In this document: piece after piece, positions 39,459 to 52,151 of the stretch | Layout of the letters: each line of letters opens with the position of its first letter | How positions within the stretch are numbered: the stretch's first letter is position 1 | Assembly (NCBI RefSeq): GCF_001194135.2 | Contig: NC_068986.1 | Span: 106,456,151 to 106,520,150 of the forward strand | Length of the DNA: 64,000 nucleotides | DNA from: Octopus bimaculoides | Taxonomy: Eukaryota | Direction: 5' to 3' | Made by a program: the position numbers and the translations under genes | Notes under the pieces: model-generated | What the model was told of the DNA's origin: nothing | The model's database searches: none | The model's input: only the letters and a program-made list of their open reading frames with translations

Positions 39459-40954
39459 ACAAAAGAAAAAATGCAGTAGAACATCAAATCCAAAGTTTAA
39501 CAGATAAATTGATAAACACATAATCTTTATTCATAAAACAGTGACATGAAGGTGGCTTTAGAAAGAAATATAGAAAACAAACAAAAGAAAAGGGAACGAA
39601 ATAAGCTGGAGAGAAAAGAAGAGCTTCAAAATTTGGACACTATATAATTAACTGCACTATTAAAAGTATCCAAAAAGCAAATGTAACATCTGCTGCATTC
39701 TTAAATGGCTATAATGAATGTTACATAGTGATAATATTGCATTTACAAAAACCGTACAGGAATAAATACCATACACGAAAATATTTCTATAAAGGTGATA
39801 AAAATTCTATTTTGTTTAGTAAATATTAGCATAATAATGGTTTTGGTATGAGAATATATTCATTAAAAATATTCCCCAGAAAGGAAATTATATGTTTACT
39901 GTGACCAATGTTCAATTCATTTCTGGACTGGAGACTGTATTCACAACTAGATGATTTCCGAGAAAAGATTTGATTAATATAACAGAACGAGAAGAGAGAC
40001 TACACTGCTATATCGCGAACCTGACATGAAAAATGTTATTAATATCGTGTAGTGATATTGTGATTGCAAAAAACGTGTTTCTAGATAGGAATTGTATATT
40101 ATTTCCTACTCTAGTCACAAGGCCCGAAATACTCATTCGCCCTCGCTTGAAACACACACATGCTCACTCACACATGCTCACTCACACATTCGACAATATA
40201 TANNNNNNNNNNNNNNNNNNNNNNNNNNNNNNNNNNNNNNNNNNNNNNNNNNNNNNNNNNNNNNNNNNNNNNNNNNNNNNNNNNNNNNNNNNNNNNNNNN
40301 NNNNNNNNNNNNNNNNNNNNNNNNNNNNNNNNNNNNNNNNNNNNNNNNNNNNNNNNNNNNNNNNNNNNNNNNNNNNNNNNNNNNNNNNNNNNNNNNNNNN
40401 NNNNNNNNNNNNNNNNNNNNNNNNNNNNNNNNNNNNNNNNNNNNNNNNNNNNNNNNNNNNNNNNNNNNNNNNNNNNNNNNNNNNNNNNNNNNNNNNNNNN
40501 NNNNNNNNNNNNNNNNNNNNNNNNNNNNNNNNNNNNNNNNNNNNNNNNNNNNNNNNNNNNNNNNNNNNNNNNNNNNNNNNNNNNNNNNNNNNNNNNNNNN
40601 NNNNNNNNNNNNNNNNNNNNNNNNNNNNNNNNNNNNNNNNNNNNNNNNNNNNNNNNNNNNNNNNNNNNNNNNNNNNNNNNNNNNNNNNNNNNNNNNNNNN
40701 NNNNNNNNNNNNNNNNNNNNNNNNNNNNNNNNNNNNNNNNNNNNNNNNNNNNNNNNNNNNNNNNNNNNNNNNNNNNNNNNNNNNNNNNNNNNNNNNNNNN
40801 NNNNNNNNNNNNNNNNNNNNNNNNNNNNNNNNNNNNNNNNNNNNNNNNNNNNNNNNNNNNNNNNNNNNNNNNNNNNNNNNNNNNNNNNNNNNNNNNNNNN
40901 NNNNNNNNNNNNNNNNNNNNNNNNNNNNNNNNNNNNNGTGTGGGGGGGGTATTG

Positions 40955-41190
40955 TGTGTGTGGCGGTTTGTGAGTTTGTGTGTCTGTGTTTGTCCGCCCA
41001 CCATCGCTTGACAACTGATGTTGGTGTGTTTACGTTCCCGGAACTTAGCGGCTTGACAAGAGAGAGTACGATAGAATAAGTACTAGACTTACAAAGAATA
41101 AATCCTGGGGTCGATTTGTTCGATAATGGCGGTGCTCCAGCACGACCGCAGTCAAATGACAGAAACAAGTAAAAGATTAAAAGAGTAAAA
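40955..41190 (+). mobile_element. SINE family B, 3' half
   Basis: cgcttgacaactgatgttggtgtgtttacg...gatagaataagtactag...cctggggtcgatttg...ccgcagtcaaatgac. Confidence 0.85.
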
Positions 41191-41238
41191 TAACACGTGT
41201 GCGCACATGTTTATGCATGTATAGACACACACATCTGA

Positions 41239-41566
41239 AGGCGCGTGGCTTAGTGGTTAGGGCATTCGGCTCACGATCCTAAGGTCGTGAATTGGATTCC
41301 CGGCGAGGCGTTGTGTCCTTGAGTTCGTTTCCCGGCGACGCATTGTGTCCTTTACTTCACGTTGCTCTAGTCCACTCAGCTGGCAAAAATGAGCAGTTCT
41401 TGTATTTCAAAGGGCCGACCTTGTCACGCTATCTGTCACGCTGAGTCTCCCTGAGAACGACGTTAGGGTTACACGTGTCTGTGGATCGCTCAGTCACTTA
41501 CACGTTAATTTCATGAGCAGGCTGTTCCGTTGATCATATCAGCTGGAACCCTCGTTGTCGTAACCG
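41239..41566 (+). mobile_element. SINE family C, full length, with duplicated B-box region
   Basis: tRNA-like head gcgcgtggcttagtggttagggcattcggctcacgatc. The segment ttcccggcga.gc.ttgtgtcctt occurs twice. Confidence 0.9.
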
Positions 41567-42164
41567 CACATAATTTCCCTACATAGGCAATTTTTTCCCT
41601 TCTACCAAATATTTACATATCCCATAGTTATTATATATAAACCATTAATCATTTCCAATCAATCATTCCCTCTAATCGTTTGCAATCTATCATTACTTTT
41701 CTCTCATTACTCTCCATTGTTTCTTTCTGTTTACGTACTTTGAATACTGTTACTGTTGCCAGAACAATGCCACTATACTAAGGATAATTGCTAAATACGC
41801 TTAACGTTATCCACATTAGATCGCATTAATTTAATTTAATTTAATTTTGCAATTAAAAGATTGTATGACAAAACAACAACAATCTAAATTGTAAATTCGT
41901 GTCCGAGAGAAATAAAACAGCAGAATAGTATTTAACATAGCTTTTATTGATATTTGCTGCTGGTCGTTAACCAACTGTCGACGTAAGAGGGTATACTTCT
42001 CATTAATACATACAAATGCATGTATACATACATACCTACTTACATCTATATGTATATAGATATATATATAATATATATAATATATAATATATATAATATA
42101 TATAAGCATATACATGTATACACACATATATGTGTGTGTGTGTACGTTTGTATAATTACATACA

Positions 42165-42204
<40 letters not shown>

Positions 42205-42606
42205 NNNNNNNNNNNNNNNNNNNNNNNNNNNNNNNNNNNNNNNNNNNNNNNNNNNNNNNNNNNNNNNNNNNNNNNNNNNNNNNNNNNNNNNNNNNNNNNN
42301 NNNNNNNNNNNNNNNNNNNNNNNNNNNNNNNNNNNNNNNNNNNNNNNNNNNNNNNNNNNNNNNNNNNNNNNNNNNNNNNNNNNNNNNNNNNNNNNNNNNN
42401 NNNNNNNNNNNNNNNNNNNNNNNNNNNNNNNNNNNNNNNNNNNNNNNNNNNNNNNNNNNNNNNNNNNNNNNNNNNNNNNNNNNNNNNNNNNNNNNNNNNN
42501 NNNNNNNNNNNNNNNNNNNNNNNNNNNNNNNNNNNNNNNNNNNNNNNNNNNNNNNNNNNNNNNNNNNNATATGTGTGTGTGTGTGTGTGTGTGTGTGTAG
42601 TGTGTA

Positions 42607-42649
<43 letters not shown>

Positions 42650-43423
42650 ATGTACGTAATGCGATCTATTTTCGCTTTATCTCTACAAATTCCATTAGCA
42701 TGTTATCAGTGAGTTTAGATGAGGGTTTGTTAGTTAGATTAACGTATAATTGTTTCTGGCCGCAGTCTAATGACTGAAACAAGTACAAGATAAATGATAT
42801 ACCAGCTGATGTTAGTGTGTCTTATAATTCACCAACCTCTCAAATTCGCTTTCTCTCTCTGTCTCTACCTCTCACCTTCTCTTTCTCTCTCTTTATCATT
42901 TTCTCCTTTTCTGGTTTCCCTGTAGGTCTTGAGTAGCCTCTAACCTGCAGTCATCAGTTGATTAATGATACTTTATAGGTGCTTAACTTATGTGCCAATT
43001 TCACTAGCTTACATAATATTGACTTTATGACGTAAAAATCTTATGTAGTTTAAAGGACTTTAATGGCCAAACAAATTCTATTTACTGGTATTTACCTCTA
43101 CTTTGATGATCTCACCACTGCAGACAGTTTAATACCATTAACAGTATTTACGAGAAACTCAACGTGAAATTTGTATGGTAGCGCATAGAAAGTGATTACG
43201 CACGTTGAATGTTATTCCAATAATTTCTTAAATTCATTTACACATCAAAACACCCGCAAATTACATACTTCTAACTTAAAAATCATTTAGCAGTGTTGTT
43301 TGCTAAAAATCGATAGGGAGGTCATTCTAAATGCGATAAATATATAGTTTGATTTCGTTGCAGGAACTGTTCCCATTTGGCTTGTACATAACAATGTCCT
43401 AGTAGTTATCTTATTTCTCTCTT

Positions 43424-43457
<34 letters not shown>

Positions 43458-43459
43458 GC

Positions 43460-43499
<40 letters not shown>

Positions 43500-44634
43500 N
43501 NNNNNNNNNNNNNNNNNNNNNNNNNNNNNNNNNNNNNNNNNNNNNNNNNNNNNNNNNNNNNNNNNNNNNNNNNNNNNNNNNNNNNNNNNNNNNNNNNNNN
43601 NNNNNNNNNNNNNNNNNNNNNNNNNNNNNNNNNNNNNNNNNNNNNNNNNNNNNNNNNNNNNNNNNNNNNNNNNNNNNNNNNNNNNNNNNNNNNNNNNNNN
43701 NNNNNNNNNNNNNNNNNNNNNNNNNNNNNNNNNNNNNNNNNNNNNNNNNNNNNNNNNNNNNNNNNNNNNNNNNNNNNNNNNNNNNNNNNNNNNNNNNNNN
43801 NNNNNNNNNNNNNNNNNNNNNNNNNNNNNNNNNNNNNNNNNNNNNNNNNNNNNNNNNNNNNNNNNNNNNNNNNNNNNNNNNNNNNNNNNNNNNNNNNNNN
43901 NNNNNNNNNNNNNNNNNNNNNNNNNNNNNNNNTGTGTCTTGTGTGTGTGTGTGAGTGTGTGAGTGTGTGAGTGTGTGAGTGTGTGTGTGTCTGAGTAAAG
44001 GAAAATCAGTCGCCACATTAAAGTAGCTGTTCGATATTACTAATAGTTTAACTCCAGTTAGATCCTTCGCCAGCTGGTTATCGGTGCGAAGTTGCACCCT
44101 TTATATACAATATATATTGCTAGCAGGGGGGGGGGAGAACCCCTAACATTCCACTAGAAGACAACGGGATCACAAGGTTTACTCAGTTTCGAGTTATTTG
44201 CCTCATCCTCAGTCACGAGCACTTGGCCGCCAGAGCGATAGCCAGTCTTCGCTCCAGCCACTAATATATTGTGAACAAAGCGACCGTCGCTAACTGCAAA
44301 ATAGCTTGTAAAACTTCAAGAAGAAATCAGAGTTGTAGCTGTACCAAAAAGTAAAGTCTCCCTCGGATTAAACTAGTAGTAACATGAAGCAGCTACTTTG
44401 ATGTAGCGACTGACTTTAGTTGTTAGTATAGTTACTACCAGGCACACGCCATCAGTAAGTATTCAGGGTAGGTAGTTGGTGACGTTTATGTAGCAAACCA
44501 CACGAAACAAATCAGTGAATCACAGGCGCAAGATTGAGCTGAAAGCAAATTTACTTATGCCTGTGTAGCACGTAAAGAAAACGTTGTTGTAGGAATGTAC
44601 GCGGCACGTGAACTACAGCAGTACTATACTCGTT

Positions 44635-44806
44635 TTACTCTTTTGCTTGTTTCAGTCATTTGACTGCGGCCATGCTGGAGCACAAGGCTTTGGTCGGCCC
44701 GAGGCTATAGTAGAAGACACTTGCCCAAGGTGCCACGCAGTGGGACTGAACCCGGAACCATGTGGTTGGTAAGCAAGCTACTTTCCACACAGCCACTCCT
44801 GTGCCT
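44635..44806 (-). mobile_element. SINE family B with a large internal deletion
   Basis: The 3' end (ttcagtcatttgactgcggccatgctggagcac) is joined directly to the 5' half (aaggctttggtcggcccgagg...ccactcctgtgcct). Confidence 0.9.
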
Positions 44807-44994
44807 ATGCGTAGTTTTAATACTAAAATTGAAAGGCAGGGGCGAATTCTGACCACCTAATCTACAAGAAAATAAAATATGTTGCATTTTATGCATAGTA
44901 ATCTGATTACTATGCATAATTTTTTTTTTTTTTTGTAGATTAGGTGGTCAGAATTGCTCCCTGCCTTTCAACCTTAGCATTAAAACTACGCATA
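44806..44994. repeat. Palindromic MITE-like element of about 190 bp
   Basis: tatgcgtagttttaat...gaaaggcagggg..aattctgaccacctaatctacaa is mirrored on the other arm. The centre is tatgcatagtaatc-t-gattactatgcata. Confidence 0.85.
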
Positions 44995-46375
44995 ATTTTA
45001 TTGAATTAGGTGCATAATTTGCCATACAAGATAAATGTTACTATCGATCTATTTTATTCAGAGTAGGCACTGCCTACCATGCCTACCCAGTCGGCACGTC
45101 CCTGGTTACTACTCTGGCGGCAAAGTGCTCTTAACTGAGTATCGTCTAAATAGCTCGAAACTGAGTCAGCCTCGCGGTCCTGTTATCTGCTAGAGAACGA
45201 TAGGTGTTCGCTCCCCGTGCTAGCAATATATATTATATATAAAGTGTATAGTGTCACACCGAAAGCCAGCTGGGGGAGGATTTGCCTGGGGTTAGTATTA
45301 ACATGAAATAGTCACGTTGATATGGCAACTGACTTTATTTACTCTTTAGTGTAATTGCTACTCTGATCTCTTCTTCAGATTTCACAACTAGATATTTTCC
45401 TTATATATATATATATATATATATATATNNNNNNNNNNNNNNNNNNNNNNNNNNNNNNNNNNNNNNNNNNNNNNNNNNNNNNNNNNNNNNNNNNNNNNNN
45501 NNNNNNNNNNNNNNNNNNNNNNNNNNNNNNNNNNNNNNNNNNNNNNNNNNNNNNNNNNNNNNNNNNNNNNNNNNNNNNNNNNNNNNNNNNNNNNNNNNNN
45601 NNNNNNNNNNNNNNNNNNNNNNNNNNNNNNNNNNNNNNNNNNNNNNNNNNNNNNNNNNNNNNNNNNNNNNNNNNNNNNNNNNNNNNNNNNNNNNNNNNNN
45701 NNNNNNNNNNNNNNNNNNNNNNNNNNNNNNNNNNNNNNNNNNNNNNNNNNNNNNNNNNNNNNNNNNNNNNNNNNNNNNNNNNNNNNNNNNNNNNNNNNNN
45801 NNNNNNNNNNNNNNNNNNNNNNNNNNNNNNNNNNNNNNNNNNNNNNNNNNNNNNNNNNNNNNNNNNNNNNNNNNNNNNNNNNNNNNNNNNNNNNNNNNNN
45901 NNNNNNNNNNNNNNNNNNNNNNNNNNNNNNNNNNNNNNNNNNNNNNNNNNNNNNNNNNNNNNNNNNNNNNNNNNNNNNNNNNNNNNNNNNNNNNNNNNNN
46001 NNNNNNNNNNNNNNNNNNNNNNNNNNNNNNNNNNNNNNNNNNNNNNNNNNNNNNNNNNNNNNNNNNNNNNNNNNNNNNNNNNNNNNNNNNNNNNNNNNNN
46101 NNNNNNNNNNNNNNNNNNNNNNNNNNNNNNNNNNNNNNNNNNNNNNNNNNNNNNNNNNNNNNNNNNNNNNNNNNNNNNNNNNNNNNNNNNNNNNNNNNNN
46201 NNNNNNNNNNNNNNNNNNNNNNNNNNNNNNNNNNNNNNNNNNNNNNNNNNNNNNNNNNNNNNNNNNNNNNNNNNNNNNNNNNNNNNNNNNNNNNNNNNNN
46301 NNNNNNNNNNNNNNNNNNNNNNNNNNNNNNNNNNNNNNNNNNNNNNNNNNNNNNNNNNNNNNNNNNNNNNNNNNN

Positions 46376-46406
<31 letters not shown>

Positions 46407-46761
46407 TTAGACTTCCTTCCATCTCCCTTTTTTCTCTCTCTCAAAGGCAAAAATAATACCAAGAAATAAAGATATAATATTGTATGTTATTTAAATATAC
46501 ATTTCTTTACCTTGTTCAATTACACTCCACTGATTTGTCTGTCACCGCATTTTCATTATAGATACTTACATACATTCATTCATATATACATCCATGCACA
46601 TACTCTCAAACCCACATACGCACACACACACTCATACACAACACACACAAATATGTGCACACATGCGCGCAAGCAAACACACACATACAAACACCCACAC
46701 CCTCAGACATGCACAAACGCGCGTGAGTATCTGCGAACACACACGCGCACACACATACATT

Positions 46762-46985
46762 CTTTTCTTCTTTTCTCGTTTCAGTCATTTCACTGCGGCC
46801 TTGCTCGAGCACTGCCTTGATGAGTTTTAGTCAGAGAAATCAACGTCAGCTTTCATAATTTGCCAGTCTAGTACTTATTTTATCCGTTTCTGTGACTGAA
46901 CCGCTAAGTTACGGACATGTAAACACACCAACATCGGTTGTCAAACGATGGTGGGCGTACAAGCACAGACACAAAGACACACGCC
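46762..46985 (-). mobile_element. SINE family B, 3' half
   Basis: tttcagtcatttcactgcggcc...gaaccgctaagttacgg...catcggttgtcaaacgatgg. Confidence 0.85.
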
Positions 46986-46998
46986 CAAATATATATTC

Positions 46999-47030
<32 letters not shown>

Positions 47031-47454
47031 TTATATGTATATATGTATTTATTCTATCCTAATAAATTATAATTCTGATAGAATAAATGGGTTAATAGAA
47101 ACCAAGGTAGTAAAGATCACAAAATAACTGTGGTGTAATTCCTGTTGGTGAGGCAGAAACTCCTTGATATTTTGGGTATTTGAGTATATTTAAAAATTTA
47201 AGGAATGGAGAAAACGCATGTTATAATTGCATACTTTATNNNNNNNNNNTTTGAGTATATTTAAAAATTTAAGGAATGGAGAAAACGCATGTTATAATTG
47301 CATACTTTATTCCGACATATGCTTCGAAGAATTACAATTTATGCGATCCATAGGAATCGGCGATGTTAAAAATGTAAACTTCTCCTCAGGGAAATGCATG
47401 GGAATCATCTTAAACGTAAGATATATACATACATACATACATACATACATACAT

Positions 47455-47615
47455 ACACGACAGGCTTCTTTCAGTTTCCAGCTACCAAATTTACTCACAA
47501 AGCTTTGGTCGGCCCGCAGCTATAGTAGAAGACACTTTTCAATGTGCCACACAGGGGGACTGAGCTAGCAACCATGTGGTCGTGAAGTAAACTTCTGACC
47601 ATACAACCACGCTGT
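47455..47615 (-). mobile_element. SINE family B, 5' half
   Basis: ggcttctttcagtttcc...aaagctttggtcggcccgcagctatagtagaagacac...aaccatgtggt. Confidence 0.85.
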
Positions 47616-47789
47616 ATGTATGTGTGTATGTATGTATTATTTTGCTACCTCGTCCTCTAGTGCTCATAACACCGGTTACCCGGTTTTCATGGCTTAGAAG
47701 TGACCGAGATCACATTATATTTATCAGAAGAGGTTCGTTCCAGAGGTTGTCCATTCCAGAGTTTAAATCTAGCAATTTTGAATTGAAGA

Positions 47790-48006
47790 TGCTAGTCGAT
47801 TACATCGACCCCGGTACTTTTCTGATAGTTTATTTTATCAATCTAGAAGGGAAGAAAGGCAAAGTGAGCTTCGGCAGGATTTGAACTCATAACGTAAAGA
47901 GCCGGAAGATTTGCCACTAATCATTTTGCCGGACGTGCTAACGATTCTGCCGGACGTGCTAACGATTCTGCCGGACGTGCTAACGATTCTGCCATCCTAC
48001 TGCCTT
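47790..48006 (-). mobile_element. SINE family A with a triplicated 21-bp head segment
   Basis: aaggcaaagtgagcttcggcaggatttgaactc. (gccggacgtgctaacgattct)x3 at 47928-47990. Confidence 0.85.
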
Positions 48007-48088
48007 ACCTTCTTAGCTATATGCATATATAAACGTATACTTACACACATATATGCATACATTCATATACACAAATTTGTATATACAC

Positions 48089-48193
<105 letters not shown>

Positions 48194-49430
48194 AGTAAAA
48201 GAATTTCCTCTTTGGTTGAAAAGGTAAATATAAGTGCTTACGAATTTTTCTTAATGAAGACATTTTGTGCGTTCGAAACATTTTTGGGCTTCTTTTGAAA
48301 TGTTATCTTCCATATAATAAATGAAACTCATTCCTTTTGCATTTATAAAATTTAATTTCTAATGCACTCTGCTACAGATTCCCGTTCAAGATTAATATAA
48401 TTTGTTCATAATTTAATTCTGTGAATGATATAGACCCTAATTGAATCCCATTAAAAAGAACATTATATGAAATGGATGTGAAAATTGATATATTCTATTT
48501 CAAAGTATTATTGAACATGCAATTGTAGTTTTTATTCCTTCTATATTTCCTACAATAATTTGAAAATTAGTAGAAATTGCAATGTTCGCAATCGATTCAT
48601 CTATGGAAATATAATCATTATTTTTATAACGTGTAGAAACCAGAGTGACTTCGGTGGGATTTTAACACACAGCGTACAGGGTTCGACAAATATTACAAAA
48701 CACTCTATCAGAAGATGTAATGATTGCCAATTTGCGCCCCATCTACAGTGAAAGGGCACATTTGTTGGTATGTGTGTCATGCTGTGTATCACTATATCTT
48801 CTCCGTTGAAGCAACCATTGAGAATAGTAGTCTCGACCACATGTGATACAAGATTCTTAATCCTTAATTGTGGTTAAGCCTGTGCATAACCACGGTTAAT
48901 TTTAATTAAGCAGCAGCACGCTCGAGGGTCACTTTCCTACTACAATTTTTGTGATGATAGATCCAAAGTTTTATAGGATTTGACGAATTCTATAGAATAG
49001 TGAATCACTTTCCGGTTCTCATCAGCGTTTATTGATTTCTAGTTGGGATTATTTCTTGGTATCGCCAGCAACTTTTGCCAATTCATGGACGCTGTTGACC
49101 GTAATATTCTGGCGACTAATTGTAGGTCTTTCGAAATAATTTCTTTTTTTTATTTATTTATTCCTTTGAGATCAGTGGTTAAACAGCACATTAGACTATG
49201 TCGAATTTATTCCCTTAACTTCAGAACACTATGTTAAGTCAATGATGTTAGACAATGATATATCTATAGTTTCTGACTATTTATACTTTAAGCATTAGGC
49301 TTGGTCTCAGTGTCAATAGTTTGCACCGGAGATTTTATCAGTGTACCCTTCTTCTAAAGCAGGGCAAATCTATTATGCTTCATGCTTGGAACCAACCACA
49401 CAATTATTAATATTTCGTGGTATAAAAGGG

Positions 49431-49646
49431 AAGGTGGCGTGCTGACAGAATCATTAGCAAGCTGGGCAAAATGCTTAGCGCATTTCGTTCGTCTTTCCGT
49501 TCTGAGTTCAAATCCCACCGAAGTTAACTTAGATCTTCATCTTTACATTGTCGATAAAATAAGTACCAGTTGAGTACATGGAGTCGATGTAATTGCCTCA
49601 CACACAGACTGGAATTGGTGACCTTGTAACAAAATTTGAGACTAAC
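49431..49646 (+). mobile_element. SINE family A
   Basis: ggtggcgtgctgacagaatcattagc...ttctgagttcaaatcccaccg...gtcgataaaataagtaccagttg. Confidence 0.85.
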
Positions 49647-49659
49647 ATTTAATGATACA

Positions 49660-49925
49660 TTATTTACATTATTTATATTTGACGGATATTTGTCCTCATC
49701 GTGTTTGTTATTAACACAACCTTTTGGCTAAAATACCCTTCAGCTTTCATCAGGTATCTTGGGGAAATTTCGAAACTGGGTTCTCATTTTCAAGGTTCGA
49801 AATTTCCCCAAGACACCTGATGAGGGCATATCAGCCAAAACGCATTAACAACAAACAAGATGAGGACAAATATCCGTCAAATGTAAATAATGTACATATT
49901 TCCTCATCTCTTAAATATAGAACTG
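49660..49925. mobile_element. Penelope-type repeat family H2, head-to-head inverted dimer, both hammerhead motifs degraded
   Basis: The left arm (...tttcatcaggtatcttggggaaatttcgaa) mirrors the right arm (ttcgaaatttccccaagacacctgatgag...cagccaaaac...gatgaggacaaatatccgtcaa). Confidence 0.8.
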
Positions 49926-50419
49926 AACATTTAGTGGAGTACATATGAAACCTGGTTAGTCTATAATATTTGGCACAAGTAATGAAATCTGCTATACCTC
50001 TCAATTATAAGTGGAAATCTCTGTGTTTTTTTTTTTGAGAGGGGGGGGGGGCTAGACAGATCTAACATTTTTTGTATTCTGTATCTCTGGAATTATTGGT
50101 GAAAGAAATGAAGAGTTGCGTCTGTGATTGTTTGTGCATGCATCCAGGCGTTTACAATTGAGAAACGATGTCTCTTTTATGATGTGGAACTCCATTCTAA
50201 TGGTAACCTCATTGCATACAAATGCATTCAAATGGCGCCGGCGTTCTATACAAACACTCTTGTTTGTGTCAATAATAATTCAACAGAATCGAATGTATGC
50301 TTGAAACTTTAGGCATTGAATTTTTTTGCATAGAGTCTCACTCAATGTCTCTCCAACTCTTTTCATTTTCTCTTCTTTTGGCTTCTCTTATCTCTTGTCT
50401 TCTCTCTTTCTGTCTATCT

Positions 50420-50459
<40 letters not shown>

Positions 50460-50759
50460 GCACACACACTTTCGTTTACATTCCAACATACTCTTGTACT
50501 TCAGTTAGATACTGAGCAACTACATAAACAGTGTTATTTGCGTCTTTCCTTTACCTAAGAATAGAGATTACACTTGAAATCCTGCATGCAGGCACACACA
50601 GAAAGTTAGATACGGATGTGTATAAATAGGCAGATACGGGCTTCTGTAAGTGTGGTTGAATATGATTTCATGTAAACTGGTTCATTCATAGTTACACACA
50701 TGCACACACACACATGCACACACACACACGCCATATACCATATATATTCACTCTCTTCC

Positions 50760-50930
50760 TATACTCTCTCTGTTCATTTCATCGTGTTCCTTTCTGTTGA
50801 AGAGCATAGGCTCGAAATGCAAAAGACTTTCTCACCTTCCCGAGCTTTAAACTAATACAGCACTTTGTTGTTTATACACCTGCCTTCGTCTTTTGTTTTT
50901 CTATAAATTTCAACAATATATATATATATA
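50760..50930 (+). mobile_element. Penelope-type short repeat family H1 (hammerhead-like motif about 50790-50826, degenerate)
   Basis: ctttctgttgaagagcataggctcgaaatgcaaaagactttc...cccgagctttaaactaatac, ending in (TA)n. Confidence 0.7.
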
Positions 50931-51422
50931 TATATACTACAATACTTACCTATCTTTATATGTATATTTGTATATGTATATATATATATATATGCGTATA
51001 TCTGTCCATGAATGTATGCATGAGCAAATGTTTCTGAAATACTCGTAAATATTGTAACTTGATTGAAGATACACATAATAAATGATTCATCTTTTTAACT
51101 TCAACCCTGCTCCACCTCGTTCTTCCTGATATAGTTTAGATATGTAGCCATCGTTATTTTTATGATATTTATTTTACTTCATCGTGAGAATTGAAAATGT
51201 TATTTTGCGAAGTCAGCACTTTTACCAAGATTATTAAATATTTACGTGGTATCTTGCTTCTTTTCATTTTGCTGATATTAGTGAGTGACGAAAAGCCTAG
51301 AGAAATGCAATGGAAATGAAATTAATTTCAAATGCGAGTTAAGATTGAAGATTGCCAGCTATCAGTGACTACCGGTTATCATGTTAGCTAAATTAAGATT
51401 TCGGAGGGACTACGCATAATTT

Positions 51423-51685
<263 letters not shown>

Positions 51686-51760
51686 ATAACAACAACAACA
51701 ACAACAAAAACAACAACAACAACAACAACAACAATAATAATGATAATGATAATAATAATA

Positions 51761-51969
51761 GTCAAATTCCTAAAACAAACACCGGGACTAACAAGTATAC
51801 ATAACCTACAAAAAATAGCACTACTAGGCATTGCACACATCCAACGTAAAGCATTTTTAAAACAGTAAAAATAAGAGCATCACAACAAACCAGAGCACAT
51901 ACCCAAGACACACAGAGCTGCGCTCGGTAGTGCAGTGGAAGCACGTGATTAAAATAAGACAACTGAATA
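51761..51969 (+). mobile_element. R4/Dong-type LINE 3' end (family 2) in (AAT)n
   Basis: KFLKQTPGLTSIHNLQKIALLGIAHIQRKAFLKQ*, then a 3' UTR and (AAT)n. Confidence 0.8.
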
Positions 51970-51977
51970 GTAATATT

Positions 51978-52073
<96 letters not shown>

Positions 52074-52151
52074 AAGAAGAAGAAGAAGAAGAAGAAGAAG
52101 AAGAAGAAGAAGAAGAAGAAGAAGAAGAAGAAGAAGAAGAAGAAGAAGAAG

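Larger units (their letters stand above)
44099..45244. repeat. Inverted repeat pair (44099-44245 versus 45102-45244) with hammerhead-like cores
   Basis: ctttatata.aatatatattgctagca...actcagtttcgag.tattt...gagcactt.gccgccagag occurs on both arms in opposite orientation. Confidence 0.85.

Noticed and set aside
41241-41312. tRNA-like sequences here and at 60721-60790
   Set aside because: The copy here runs into a SINE C body and neither has a proper acceptor stem, so they are SINE heads rather than tRNA genes.
47180-47310. Exact direct duplication of about 60 bp
   Set aside because: The two copies flank a 9-nt N gap, which is typical of an unmerged contig overlap.
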